The notes: generated by a model from the sequence alone, not told the origin. DNA of 64,000 bases from Eledone cirrhosa (GCA_964016885.1 OZ024744.1:58466001-58530000); one strand, 5' to 3'. Positions 1 to 17,391 are shown, counted from the first letter of the stretch. Translations and numbers: made by a program.

Positions 1-189
1 GCTGTCTGCATTACGTTATTATGACGAGATTAAATCGGGGTTGATAAAATAGAGCACCACTAATGCACTGGTATAATTGCTGGCCTTGTGCCAAAAGTAG
101 AAACAGTTATGACGCGATCAGTGTGTGTGCGTGCATATATGTATATATAGTGTGTGTGTATATGTATATATAGTGTGAGTATATATATA

Positions 190-1999
190 TTCTTATGCCA
201 GGGAACGTCTTCACTAACCAAAGTATCGTCTTCCTATTTTCCTTCGGTTGCAACGTTTTTCGAAATATTTTAATCTGCGTTCACAGATTGATTTTTTTAT
301 TTAGTTTCAGAAGATCCCGTTAAGGGTGAAAGCAGCGATTCTTTGCTTAAACTTTAATCTGTTATTTTATTTTGCATACACAAAAACAAAATATAAACAA
401 ACAAGGCTGGCGATTACATCAGTTAGTCTTAGTGTACTTCATACTGCTTTTAGGTAGAAGATCCCGTTAAGGGTGAAAGCAGCGATTCTTTGCTTAAACT
501 TTAATCTGTTATTTTATTTTGCATACACAAAAACAAAATATAAACAAACAAGGCTGGCGATTACATCAGTTAGTCTTAGTGTACTTCATACTGCTTTTAG
601 GTAGAAGATCCCGTTAAGGGTGAAAGCAGCGATTCTTTGCTTAAACTTTAATCTGTTATTTTATTTTGCATACACAAAAACAAAATATAAACAAACAAGG
701 CTGGCGATTACATCAGTTAGTCTTAGTGTACTTCATACTGCTTTTAGGTAGAAGATCCCGTTAAGGGTGAAAGCAGCGATTCTTTGCTTAAACTTTAATC
801 TGTTATTTTATTTTGCATACACAAAAACAAAATATAAACAAACAAGGCTGGCGATTACATCAGTTAGTCTTAGTGTACTTCATACTGCTTTTAGGTAGAA
901 GATCCCGTTAAGGGTGAAAGCAGCGATTCTTTGCTTAAACTTTAATCTGTTATTTTATTTTGCATACACAAAAACAAAATATAAACAAACAAGGCTGGCG
1001 ATTACATCAGTTAGTCTTAGTGTACTTCATACTGCTTTTAGGTAGAAGATCCCGTTAAGGGTGAAAGCAGCGATTCTTTGCTTAAACTTTAATCTGTTAT
1101 TTTATTTTGCATACACAAAAACAAAATATAAACAAACAAGGCTGGCGATTACATCAGTTAGTCTTAGTGTACTTCATACTGCTTTTAGGTAGAAGATCCC
1201 GTTAAGGGTGAAAGCAGCGATTCTTTGCTTAAACTTTAATCTGTTATTTTATTTTGCATACACAAAAACAAAATATAAACAAACAAGGCTGGCGATTACA
1301 TCAGTTAGTCTTAGTGTACTTCATACTGCTTTTAGGTAGAAGATCCCGTTAAGGGTGAAAGCAGCGATTCTTTGCTTAAACTTTAATCTGTTATTTTATT
1401 TTGCATACACAAAAACAAAATATAAACAAACAAGGCTGGCGATTACATCAGTTAGTCTTAGTGTACTTCATACTGCTTTTAGGTAGAAGATCCCGTTAAG
1501 GGTGAAAGCAGCGATTCTTTGCTTAAACTTTAATCTGTTATTTTATTTTGCATACACAAAAACAAAATATAAACAAACAAGGCTGGCGATTACATCAGTT
1601 AGTCTTAGTGTACTTCATACTGCTTTTAGGTAGAAGATCCCGTTAAGGGTGAAAGCAGCGATTCTTTGCTTAAACTTTAATCTGTTATTTTATTTTGCAT
1701 ACACAAAAACAAAATATAAACAAACAAGGCTGGCGATTACATCAGTTAGTCTTAGTGTACTTCATACTGCTTTTAGGTAGAAGATCCCGTTAAGGGTGAA
1801 AGCAGCGATTCTTTGCTTAAACTTTAATCTGTTATTTTAATATATATATAATTATATATTCGTGTACAGATATTTTTGCGTACACAATAACAAAATATAA
1901 ACAAACGTATTTATTTCACGAGGCTCGATAAGGATAAATATATATCAAATATATAAGAACCCTAGAGCAAATCCCGAGCAACGCCGGGCCATTCTGTAA

Positions 2000-2000
<1 letters not shown>
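190..2000 (+). mobile_element. Putative non-autonomous Helitron carrying the 147-bp array
   Basis: 3' hairpin CCCGAGCAACGCCGGG (1973-1988) followed ~10 nt later by a degenerate CTAG-like end; candidate TC start after (TA)n at ~191; 5' boundary uncertain. Confidence 0.5.
309..1838. repeat. Tandem repeat, 147-bp unit, ~10.4 essentially identical copies
   Basis: AGAAGATCCC recurs at 309, 456, 603 ... 1779. Confidence 0.97.
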
Positions 2001-2046
<46 letters not shown>

Positions 2047-2188
2047 AACACACTATCTAAAACAGGGATCAGCAACTGTAAATTCTCACTTGTGTTCTGT
2101 TTTATTTATTTAGTTAGTTTTACCTATAGCCTACATGTATATCTTATATATAGGCATTTGAATATTATATCGAATCTTAACAAATAGA

Positions 2189-2828
2189 CATTGGATAGGT
2201 CTGAGGTCCACAGAAAACACATCAATAGTCCACACGTATATTATATATATCTTACATATAACACATTGGATAGGTCTGAGGTCCACAGAAAACACATCAA
2301 TAGTCCACACGTATATTATATATATCTTACATATAACACATTGGATAGGTCTGAGGTCCACAGAAAACACATCAATAGTCCACACGTATATTATATATAT
2401 CTTACATATAACACATTGGATAGGTCTGAGGTCCACAGAAAACACATCAATAGTCCACACGTATATTATATATATCTTACATATAACACATTGGATAGGT
2501 CTGAGGTCCACAGAAAACACATCAATAGTCCACACGTATATTATATATATCTTACATATAACACATTGGATAGGTCTGAGGTCCACAGAAAACACATCAA
2601 TAGTCCACACGTATATTATATATATCTTACATATAACACATTGGATAGGTCTGGGGTCCACAGAAAACACATCAATAGTCCACACGTATATTATATATAT
2701 CTTACATATAACACATTGGATAGGTCTGAGGTCCACAGAAAACACATCAATAGTCCACACGTATATTATATATATCTTACATATAACACATTGGATAGGT
2801 CTGAGGTCCACAGAAAACACATCAATAG
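2189..2828. repeat. Tandem repeat, 75-bp unit, ~8.5 copies, with degenerate copies to ~3255
   Basis: TTGGATAGG recurs every 75 bp from 2191 to 2791; one A>G variant near 2654. Confidence 0.97.
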
Positions 2829-2886
2829 CTAACATTTATATCGTATCTTACATATAAAGATTTAAATGGTCCACAGATCAATGGCT

Positions 2887-3053
2887 GAGGGTCTGACGCC
2901 ATACTTTTCAGCATAGAGTTACGGCCCTTTATGGTCTGAGTTCAAATGCCGCCGAGGTTAACTTTGCCTTTCATCCTTACGGGGTCGATAAAATAAAGTA
3001 CCAGTAATGACAATGGAATAATTGCTGGCCTTGTGCCAAAAGTAGAAACAATT
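2887..3053 (+). mobile_element. tRNA-derived SINE family A (Meta-domain-like), 5' truncated
   Basis: B-box GAGTTCAAAT followed by GCCTTTCATCCTTACGGGGTCGATAAAATAAAGTACCAG; matches the copy at 62050. Confidence 0.8.
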
Positions 3054-3789
3054 ATATCATATCTTACATATAAACATTTAAAAAGGTCAATGATCCACAG
3101 ATCAATGGCTGATATATATTATATCATATCTTATATGTAAACATTTGAAACTATTTGAAACCCACAGAGAATATCTTAATAGCTTACATGTATATTATAT
3201 CATATCTTACATATAAACACTTGAAAAGTCTGAGGCCCTCAGAAAATACCGTAATGGTCCAGCGGTGGGTCGTAACCCACCTGTTGCTGATCCCCTAATC
3301 TAGAATTATATTATCTAATATATCATTTCTGATTTTAAAGAAACAGGGTGTGATTAAAAAAAAAAAGATTTGGTTATTTCTGGCAGATAAACCTACTGCT
3401 ACGGCTAGAAATAGCAGCCAGAATTTTCTTTAACCATATAATTGTTTTTATTATAATAATTATTCAATCCTTGATCAGTCACGGTGGAGGAGAATTATGA
3501 TCGAAAACATTCCAATCGTGGCCATCACATTTGTTCTACATATATAGTAAGTATATTTAGGAAAATAAAACAACCTAAAGTGAATTCTGACTTATTTTTA
3601 AGAGAGTAAGGGCGTGATTTCTAGATATTTTCAGATCTCTTACTCACAAGACCCTATAAAAAGTTCTTTATTGGTACTTGTTTATAGACCTGCTATTTCT
3701 AGCCGGTGAGACGACCTAGTAATCTTTAAGTAATTTTTAATTTGCAAACAATAGATTGTATTACAGGACAGTGAAGGCCCATAGCTTAG

Positions 3790-4205
3790 TGATAAGGGTG
3801 TTCCGTTCACCATCGTAATGTAGTGACTTTGATTCCCATATGTACGGTATGTCTGTGAGCAAGATAGCATATATCACGTTACTCCAGTCCACACAGCTGG
3901 AAAAACATTAATTCTACCTCTACTTCAAAGGGCCAAACTTGTCACGCAACTATGTCGTGCTGATTCTCCCTGGGAATTACATTAAGTGTACACGTGCCTG
4001 TGGAATATTCAGCCATGTATACTACAATGCAAAATGAACTGTACATGTAATTGAAAGGTCCAGTTTTGGCACTCCGAATCTCCCTGAGATTTACGTTGAG
4101 GCTTACACGTCTCAATGGAATGTACAGTTACTTGCATGTTGATTTTACGAGCAGGTTGTTCTGTTGATTGAATCAAGTGGAATACTCGTCGTCGTAATTG
4201 ACCGA
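3790..4205 (+). mobile_element. SINE family B (CORE-like), degenerate
   Basis: Similar to the copy at 57256-57580 (GAGCAAGA...TCACGTTACTCCAGTCCAC...GTCGTAA). Confidence 0.65.
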
Positions 4206-4339
4206 GATCCAACACACACAGGGGGAGAGACGGGGAGTGAGAGAGAGAGAGACTCACTACAGTAAGATCTTGGAAGTTGTATGATTACTAACCTGTACAT
4301 ATATAGAGAATAGGTACATGTTATGAAACTTGTTTAACC

Positions 4340-4416
<77 letters not shown>

Positions 4417-4700
4417 CTTTCTCTTTCTCCCTCTTTATCTCGCTCTCTTTATCTATCTATCTATCTATTTCTTTCTCTGCTTATGTTTTCTTTCAATGCA
4501 CGAAAAAAGATATAGATCTAGGTGACTATATATATATGTGTGTATGTATGTATGTATGTATGTATGTATGTATGTATGTATGTATGTATGTATGTATGTA
4601 TGTATGTATGTATGTATGTATGTATGTATATATATATATATATATATATTATAATGAAATGACAGGAGGCTGGATTTGTGTAAATCCTTGAAAGGTTTAT

Positions 4701-4760
4701 TATACTATGATCATTTCAATGACCGGGTTCCGTATGAATCCGGTGATATCATCAGGTAAA
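4701..4760 (-). ncRNA. Type I hammerhead ribozyme motif
   Basis: TAC-CTGATGA-stem II ACCGG/CCGGT-GAAA-TGATCA-TA-GTA; palindromic stem III; short stem I. Confidence 0.6.
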
Positions 4761-5063
4761 CCTCAAACCTGAATATATATACATACGATATCTGCAGTAG
4801 GATGTGTGGTGTTCTACGGAGAATTTTACTGACATATCTAGCAGGCTGGGCTTCCATATGGAATCTTTCTTAGACTGATCATGTCAACGAGGGCTGCAGC
4901 AAAATACCCACAGAAAAATATAAATAAAAAAGCATCCACATTTCTTTTTCCAGTACATCTATGTACTATTGAAAAGTGATAGCTAGTTCACACCCTGTCA
5001 TAAATTTTTTTTTACTACCCAATATGGCGTTATACCCAACCTACACCATTTCTCATTCAACAT

Positions 5064-5096
<33 letters not shown>

Positions 5097-5210
5097 GTTC
5101 AAGGAGACATCAAACAGAGGTACAAAATGTCTTATTAGTTTCACGCTTTATATGGAAAAGAGGAAAGAAAGTTCGACGTGTCGGGCTTTAGCCCTTCTTC
5201 AGGATTAACT

Positions 5211-5244
<34 letters not shown>

Positions 5245-5632
5245 CACGCACGTAGACACATAGATATCTATACATACACACAATTTCTATTTAACTATTT
5301 CTACTTAAACTGTCACATATTATTATATTTCTTTACAGTAAATTAGGTTGAGGCTATGCTGGGGCACCACCTTGAATGTTTGGTTATTTAATTTGTTTGG
5401 GAGGTGGGATCGATCATATTGAGGCCTCCCAGTACAACAGCTGGACGGTTTACAATGAGAAGTGGAGCGACGTGAAAAGCGTTGTTTATTAACAGCGAAA
5501 TAGCAATGTCGATGATATGCAAGTTTGAAAATGCAGATTATGAAGGTTTGTATGATAGTTTACACTTTGATTGCCCTGGTCAGCAAGAGGGGCCTCTATA
5601 TATTAGCCGTTTATTAGAAGAGGGGAAAATAA

Positions 5633-7305
<1,673 letters not shown>

Positions 7306-7515
7306 ACGTTTGAATATGTGTAATAAGGCCAAAACAATGCAGTTATGGACATAGAAAAAGGAATGCAATAGTGAAAGATATTGATGAGAATTCGTCTTTC
7401 ACCTTGAATTTATTTAAATGTCGTTAATTTTCGAGATAATATCTCTTCTTCGGAGGGAAGTAAAGGTCTCAAACCAGCGTCTTTAAATCTCTAGCCAAGC
7501 CATATATACATATAC

Positions 7516-7546
<31 letters not shown>

Positions 7547-7547
7547 C

Positions 7548-7636
<89 letters not shown>

Positions 7637-7679
7637 CATATATATATATTTATATACATATATTGTACATTTACCATTC

Positions 7680-7787
7680 TGCTCTGAGGAAACAGTGGTC
7701 ACAGCATTGGATATTCGAGTTCTGCAAATACTTGTGAATACGTAGCGGAACTAGGCTGCAGTACCACCGAGGAAACACTTGTAAGCA
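7680..7787 (+). ncRNA. Type I hammerhead ribozyme motif with long stem II
   Basis: TGCT-CTGAGGA-(GTGGT/ACCAC, CAGC/GCTG, AGTTCTGC/GCGGAACT)-GAAA-CACTTG-TA-AGCA. Confidence 0.6.
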
Positions 7788-7982
7788 CACGGAATAAATT
7801 ACCTTTTTATGATGTCTACCTGTTATTATTCATTCTTTATATACACTCCGGAATACTGAAGGACCAGGAACTAAGTTTTTTGAACAATTCTTCCATAACT
7901 CGTAGAGTAACCTCTTACCGTACGTCAACCATATCCAGTGTAGTAATTAACCATCACTACATCTTGGATAATCCTATACCTA

Positions 7983-10830
<2,848 letters not shown>

Positions 10831-10952
10831 TTATTACTGAAAAGAACATTTTATTTACGCCTTTTGTAAAAAAAAAAATGTAATTAAATAAATAAAATAC
10901 AACTTACTAACAAACATCACTAGTCATTCTTGTTTGAGACATTCTGATAAAG

Positions 10953-11006
<54 letters not shown>

Positions 11007-11214
11007 TGTGTCTGTGTCTGTGTGTGTGTGTGTGTGTTATGTTTTTGTAAGTAAAACGCGCACGCGCGCAAACACACACACACACACATGAATGTTCGTA
11101 ATTTTATTTGTATGCGTTAGTACATGAATGAATGCAGCGAGCTTTGAAACGTAGGCTTTCAAATATTTTACAATTCATCACTGACACTGATCTATATATA
11201 TATTTATGTGAAAA

Positions 11215-11497
11215 CGTGTGGTTAGAGTGTTCTGCTTGCAATGGTAAAGACACGACTTCATGTACTCGCGGTGTGTTGTATCATTGAGCAAGACACTTTA
11301 TTTCACGTTACTCCAGTCCACTCTGCTGTCAAGCATGAGTTTTACCTGTAATTCCAAACGCCAGCTTTGTTACACTGAGTCTCTCTGAGAACTACGCGTC
11401 TGTGGAATTCTTGACTACTTGAACGTTAATTCTATGAGTAGATTGTTCCATTGTTCAAACAACTGGAACACTCCTCGTCGGAACGGACTGAGGTCCA
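11215..11497 (+). mobile_element. SINE family B (CORE-like)
   Basis: GTGTGGTTAG head, TTGAGCAAGACACTTTATTTCACG core, CGTCGGAACGGAC tail. Confidence 0.7.
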
Positions 11498-12039
11498 ACA
11501 CATACCTATGTGTTGGAAACTACGAGTTACTGGACGGCTGGTTATGAGACCACTGAGAATAAGGCAACCGTTTGCTTTTGTTAAAGTATGTCTATAGGAG
11601 AAAGTCACTCTGATATAAAACTGGTGGCACAGAGACTGGTCTTGGTCATTTTAGGGGTCTTTAGGTTTGGCCGAAGAACATGATTTTGCACCCACCTCTC
11701 CTGGGTCTGAGATATTTTATTGAAACCAGATATCTTCCTTCGGATTGAATCTGATTTTTATCTTACTTGAAGTGTGTGTGACAATGATGTCCTTACTGTA
11801 GTTTAGCAAACAAGAATTCAGAACACAAAGAGCCGGAACAGATGCAACCAAGCATCTCGTCCGATTCCCTAATAATTATAATTTAGCCAATTTGATATTA
11901 TATATATATCGAAGCAAAAAAAAAAAAAATGAATGGTTGACTCCGCCGAGGTTTGAACTCAGTGTGCATAAGGCAATTCATCAGACGTTCTATAGTTGCA
12001 TATGCAACTATAGAACTATTATATGATATCCACTGTAAA

Positions 12040-12830
12040 ACTACAAATGTACCTAGAGAAGAATAAAAGAAAGTGAATACAAATAGCTCGAGGCATGAAC
12101 ATTTAAAAAAATTATGTTGCCTTCAAAATATACCAAACAGAAGTTCATATGACAGACAGTATTGAAAAAAAGATAATCATGAAAGTAGTTATGGAGAACA
12201 ACAATAGAAATGGGGAAAAGGTTTAAAATCTAAACTGAAAACAGATTTCTAGAATATCTTGCCAAAATGATGACAAGAAAAAAAAATCGTACATAGCGAA
12301 TACTTGAAAAAGCCAAATAAGGATGAAGAAAATAAGAAAATTCACTACACTGGTTACGTGTGGACGATTCTTAATTGCAGCACAAGATAGAAGTCTCCTT
12401 GTCAGAAACTACTGACAGCACAGAATGAAGCAGAAGTAAGTGTAAAATATGAGAAGGTAGAGAAGGAGCAATTAATCACATTGACTTTGCTACCCAGGCT
12501 TAGTCAAGAAAGAATATATCCACTGACATAACAGAGTTGGGGTTTACAAACATTGGATGTTGTGCCAGCATTATGAAATACCAACAGAAAAGAGGTGGCA
12601 TAGTCATATACTAAAAAAATGTCTCACAACATAGAGAAGCAACAATATTCTGGGATATACCAATACACACAGGCAAGAATATCAAAGATAATTGACCAGA
12701 TGTTATCGTCAATGTTTATGTAAAGAAATGCCTTCTAATTGATAGTTTATTGATCTTCTGTCAAGAAGGAGAAAAAGAAAATGAAATGGTAATAACAGGA
12801 AGCCACTGAGGTGAAGATATGAATCCCGTT
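12040..12830 (+). pseudogene. Old decayed R4/Dong-type non-LTR fragment (C-terminal region)
   Basis: Broken translation gives LIAAQDRSLLVRNY, KKEYIH-HNRVG, WMLCQHYEIP and CLLID, typical of the RLE region; many stops and frameshifts. Confidence 0.6.
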
Positions 12831-14327
12831 AGTGCTGTTGCTGCTACTGCTACCACTATTTCCAGTGCATCACATACCGCAACTCTGACGATTGTCAGAG
12901 CAGAAGCAAGACTCATCCTCAATGTCCCAATGCCAGGAACCAATGATGTAGAGCCCCAAAAGGCCGAAGCTCTTTTTCTATAGCACAGACCCGATCAGAG
13001 GCTCCGGGCGTTAACTTTATCCTATCCTCTTGCGAAACTGGTATGGAGCTGGAAACTTGCAGAAGTGGAGAAGCCGTCGGGGATAGTAAATAAAAAAGAA
13101 ATAAGGAAATAAAATAAAATAGTTAACACAGACTAAAGGTGTACATAAAGTTAACTGTCCCTCATGATGAGAAACCTCCTCCCTAGAGTGTGTGGATTTC
13201 ATGGAAATCCAAAGAGACAACGTAAGCTTCTATAAACTACTGGAATATCTGAAAGAGTACAAATACTGTGTTGATTGGAGAAAAAGAAATTGTCGAAGAA
13301 TACCAGGGGCGCCTAAAAGGTAGCTGGTTGTTGAAAATCATACTAATGTTCTATCAACAGCTAAAGGACCACCACCTAGAAGATGTGGGAGATTTTGAAG
13401 ATCCGATAAACGTGATGATGTTCACGGATACGTTTGGAGGTCCCGGCTTGCAGAGTGTGATATGAACAGTAGGTTGTGTGTGTGTGTGTGTGGGGGGGCT
13501 AATTGTATCTAGTTAGCGGCTTAACTCACGCTTGTAATTAAATTTAAGTAATAGGTTGGAAGTCCCTCACAAACAAGCACCCAACCACTCTGGAATACAT
13601 GAATTTATGGTAATTCGAAGTAGTGACCAAATCCTAAGTGATTTCATCATTAAAACTACAAGATGACCAAAGTAAAGATTGCGCTGTTTGGAGACTTGCA
13701 GAGTGGGCAGCTAGGCAATATAGCATCCGTCGGTTTCGATGATGAGCATTCAGTCGACCGATTAACTAAATGACCGACTCGTGAATTAACATGTAAATGG
13801 TTGAGTATTCCACAGACGCACTAACAGAATCAGCATCAAAGTATATATGACAAAGTTGGATCTTTGAATTACTAGTAAAACTCGTCCTAGAGACTTCCAC
13901 ACAGTTTCTGTTTACCTGATTTCACTCATATGGATCGACTCAAAATTATGGTAAAATTACTTTTACTCAAGATGATGCCATGCAGTGGTATTAAACGCTG
14001 GACTAGACGGCTGCAATGTGAACTTCTGAACACCCAACCGGATAGTAATATAAACATAGTACGCAGAAAGTAGTTGAGTATTCTGCAGATATGTGTACCG
14101 CTCACGTAATTTCCAAGTCGAAATAGCGTGACACGATATATGATAATACGTTGGGACTTTGATTTATAGGTACAACCCATTCGACCGGCTCTCGTGGTTT
14201 CTGTCTACACAATTTTCCTTCCCAAGACTTGCGGTAACCTATGGTAAATGTTGCTCCACAGTGTGATCAAACACGGAGATTCACGATAACGAAACTAACT
14301 TTTTAATCCATGCCTGCGTCTACAAGG

Positions 14328-14524
14328 CAGACCCGCCAACCTCTAAAATCCCAAACGTGGAGTACCATGAAAAAATCGTGCTCCAAAACGGAGAGAAATG
14401 AGGCAAAATGAGGGAGATTTTACTTAATGAAAGCTATACTCATTTTCACAAGAGAAGACATCTCTCATCCACCCCAAAGTGGGTTGGTGATCTCCCCGTC
14501 GGACGGGGAGAGTTGACAGGTTTG
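14328..14524. mobile_element. MITE with 6-bp TSD (hAT-related)
   Basis: TIRs CAGACCCGCCAAC / GTTGACAGGTTTG; ACAAGG on both sides; subterminal palindrome TCTCCCCGTCGGACGGGGAGA. Confidence 0.7.
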
Positions 14525-14908
14525 ACAAGGTCTGTGGACAGTTAAGGGATCACTGCCCAGGGAATGCAAGGTTCTTTATGTCTCGGCTAAATTTGAAGAT
14601 GTTCACGGGTTTCATATTTTGACCGCTACAGTTTTCAGAAAAACATCGATACGTATGAAGGTCAGAGTTGTCAGGTGCTCTGATTACTACCAGTATGGAT
14701 GACAGCATTGCATTCCTTTCTTGGTGGGTTGACCTTATTTTAGTTCACTACGAAATTTTTAATCTATTTTAATGTATCGTATTACGCTTTTCCCCATAAC
14801 AGTTTATTACACACACACACTCACACACACACATGGTCACAAACACCCTAACACTCATACACTCATATATATACATACGTATATGCATACATAGACACAC
14901 GTACGTGA

Positions 14909-14948
<40 letters not shown>

Positions 14949-15004
14949 TTTTCTATGTACATGCATGTTCAAGTGCACACTTACTCGTGCATATATGTGT
15001 GTCT

Positions 15005-15043
<39 letters not shown>

Positions 15044-15073
15044 ATACCCCCCTCTCTCTCTCTCTCTCTCTCT

Positions 15074-15167
<94 letters not shown>

Positions 15168-15349
15168 TTAGAGATTTGGATTCAGAATCGTGAGATTTTG
15201 AGTTCGATTCCCGCACCAGGTGATGTCCTTGAGCAAGACACTTTATTCCACGTTGCTCCTTCTACCTGGAGTTACAACCGATATGTAATATGTAGGTATA
15301 TAAACATGCCAGTAAATACGAATTTCCCTATAAATTGAAATAATAATAA

Positions 15350-15398
15350 ACATCTTCAATCGATTTTCGGATCTTATTGGACCCTCATCAGAAGATGT
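15350..15398 (-). ncRNA. Type I hammerhead motif with non-canonical G at the cleavage position
   Basis: ACATCTT-CTGATGA-GGGTC/GATCC-GAAA-ATCGAT-TG-AAGATGT; perfect 7-bp stem I. Confidence 0.7.
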
Positions 15399-15525
15399 GT
15401 ATATCATTCAATCAACCACAAGGAAATGGGTATATATATACCTATTCGCTCTTAACATACATACATACATACATACATACATACATACATACATACATAC
15501 ATACATACATACATACATACATACA

Positions 15526-15810
15526 TGGTGGCTGCCAACTCGTTTTCGAGTACGGCCACTACTTTATACCCATGTAGGAGAACCCCTACCGATGCGCTGA
15601 ACGAGTGTGACTTTTTAGTCCAGCCAGCGACTTGAAAACTCTGGTACAAACACTACACTTGTGACAATTATTGACACATAGTGCTGGGCCCATGGTACCA
15701 TGTGAGAACAAGTGCAGAGAGATCTCTAGATATAAAGCAATGCCTGTGCCGTGAAGCTTTTATAGTGAGCAAAGGCGCTGCACAAAGCCAGTCCCACTCT
15801 CTTAACCAAG
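15526..15810 (-). mobile_element. Non-coding (TATG)-tailed element family N1, 3' part only
   Basis: Near-identical to copies at 18310, 23144, 56582, 62755. Confidence 0.8.
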
Positions 15811-15945
15811 TGCTTTTTGTTGGTAGTGTTATTTTGTTGTGTATGTATGTATGTATGTATGTATGTATGTATGTATGTATGTATGTATGTATGTATGTAC
15901 GTACGTACGTATGTATGTATGCATGTATGTATGCATGTATGTATG

Positions 15946-16275
15946 AGTTATCAACCATCTGTAATCACACGAGCCAGGGAGAAATCGAGCCACTTGTGAG
16001 ATGGTTCTACTGCCACACACTCCACAGTACCTTTGTGGCTTCATTTGCAAGTCAGCTAGTGCACTAACCAGACATGGTAGAATGCATGAAGACACACCCC
16101 AGCTGGTATTGGCAGGTGACAGACAGTTCAAGTGTCACATCTGTGAACGTGCTTGCAAAACAAAAGTGGGTCTGAAAAGTCACCTGCGTGCACATGATCG
16201 TGTAATATTCATGATCGTGCAATATTCAATGAAGGGGTGGCACTCTTCTGACAAGAAGTAACAATTAGCACGTAT
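15946..16275 (+). mobile_element. 3' end of an RTE-like LINE with C2H2 zinc fingers and (TATG) tail
   Basis: CHICERACKTKVGLKSHLRAH, short 3' UTR, TATG repeats on both sides. Confidence 0.65.
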
Positions 16276-16282
16276 GTATGTA

Positions 16283-16445
16283 AGTTCTTCTGGTTTTATA
16301 ATTTCATAAATGTTTGCCAATAGAGAGAGAGTCGGTTTCTAACATAGACAATAAACTCTCTCATTGGAATTTACACAACATCAACTAGGTAGATTATGTA
16401 TGTATGTCTTCATGCATGCATGTGTGTGGAGGTATGGATGTTATT
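16283..16445 (-). mobile_element. 3' UTR fragment of R4-type family B
   Basis: Reverse complement of ~61800-61961. Confidence 0.8.
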
Positions 16446-17351
16446 GTAAGTATGTATTATGTATGTAGGTAGGTAGGTAGGTAGGTAGGTAGGTAGGTAG
16501 GTAGGTGTTTATGTGTTGTGATACTGCTGCTGCTAGCTTGCTGTTCATTTGGTTGTTATGCAGAGCATGGGTAATATGAACCGTGGGTGGTGTTTCTAAG
16601 TGATCAGTATTCGGAGTATTTGCTGTGTGGGTTGTGTTATTTTGTTGGGTATTGGTTTCCTTGAGTATGTAGAGTATGTACTTTAATTATTTGTGTTATG
16701 CTTGATTTACTGTTGGGTAGAGATTTCTTTTAGAGGATGGTGTATTCGTGTTGTGTGGGTTGGGTTATTCCATAGAGTGACGAGTGTATATAAAAGTAGG
16801 ATAGGAGTTTCTGTATACTAGTTGTGTTATAGGTTATGTTGTACAGTAACCGATGATGAATGTGTAAACTATGTGCTTTGTGTTGGTAGTGTTATTTTGT
16901 TGGGTGGTGTTTGAATGAGGTGAGAGTGTGGAGTATGTGTATAATGTGTAGAGTATATACTGTATGTGTTGTGCCCAAGGCGGGATTAAGGCCAACTGAG
17001 GCCCCTAAGCATAGCCCAAAATTCGACTCCTTTCATTGTCTAACTGACAGGACCACAGAACAATACGACATAACAAGTATTGAATGAGAAAGAAAAGATT
17101 TAAAATTCAGTGTTCTTCTAGGTCATACCCTAGGTCAGACAACTACATTAAATATAACCTGTTTTTTTTTTGTTTTTGTTTTTGTGTGTGTATGTTATTT
17201 TTTCCTTTATTTTCTACTTGTCTACTCAGTCGTTTCTCAATCTGCTGCTAGATGAAGCCCTAGCAACTATACTGGTTTTCATTTTATGTATGTATTAAAC
17301 ACTTGTTAGCAGGAGCAATATAAACCAAATTATTTACTTGTATAACTAATG

Positions 17352-17391
<40 letters not shown>

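Larger units (their letters stand above)
2063..3297. mobile_element. hAT (Charlie-like) non-autonomous element carrying a 75-bp array
   Basis: TIRs CAGGGATCAGCAAC / GTTGCTGATCCCCTA; 8-bp TSD ATCTAAAA / ATCTAGAA; subterminal palindrome GTGGGTCGTAACCCAC. Confidence 0.75.

Noticed and set aside
2201-2225. CTGAGGT...GAAA in the 75-bp unit as a hammerhead
   Set aside because: Core is not CTGANGA, and stems II and III cannot form.
309-2828. CRISPR-like appearance of the tandem arrays
   Set aside because: Units are contiguous and identical with no unique spacers; eukaryotic context and no cas genes.
2131-2835. Overlapping 234-aa and 213-aa repeat ORFs
   Set aside because: Consequence of a stop-free 75-bp (3n) tandem unit inside a MITE; no splice or other coding evidence.
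10908-10943. Possible minus-strand micro-exons with AG/GT borders here and at ~4257-4291
   Set aside because: No homology support, weak pyrimidine tracts, and this one is closed in the phase left by the giant exon; needs RNA-seq.
16001-16261. C2H2 zinc-finger gene (also 44682-44894)
   Set aside because: No splice context; followed by a short UTR and TATG tail, which fits RTE-like LINE 3' ends.
16510-16970. GT-rich tract possibly a decayed CR1/L2 LINE on the minus strand
   Set aside because: Only a faint VTLWN-like motif; too degraded to call.
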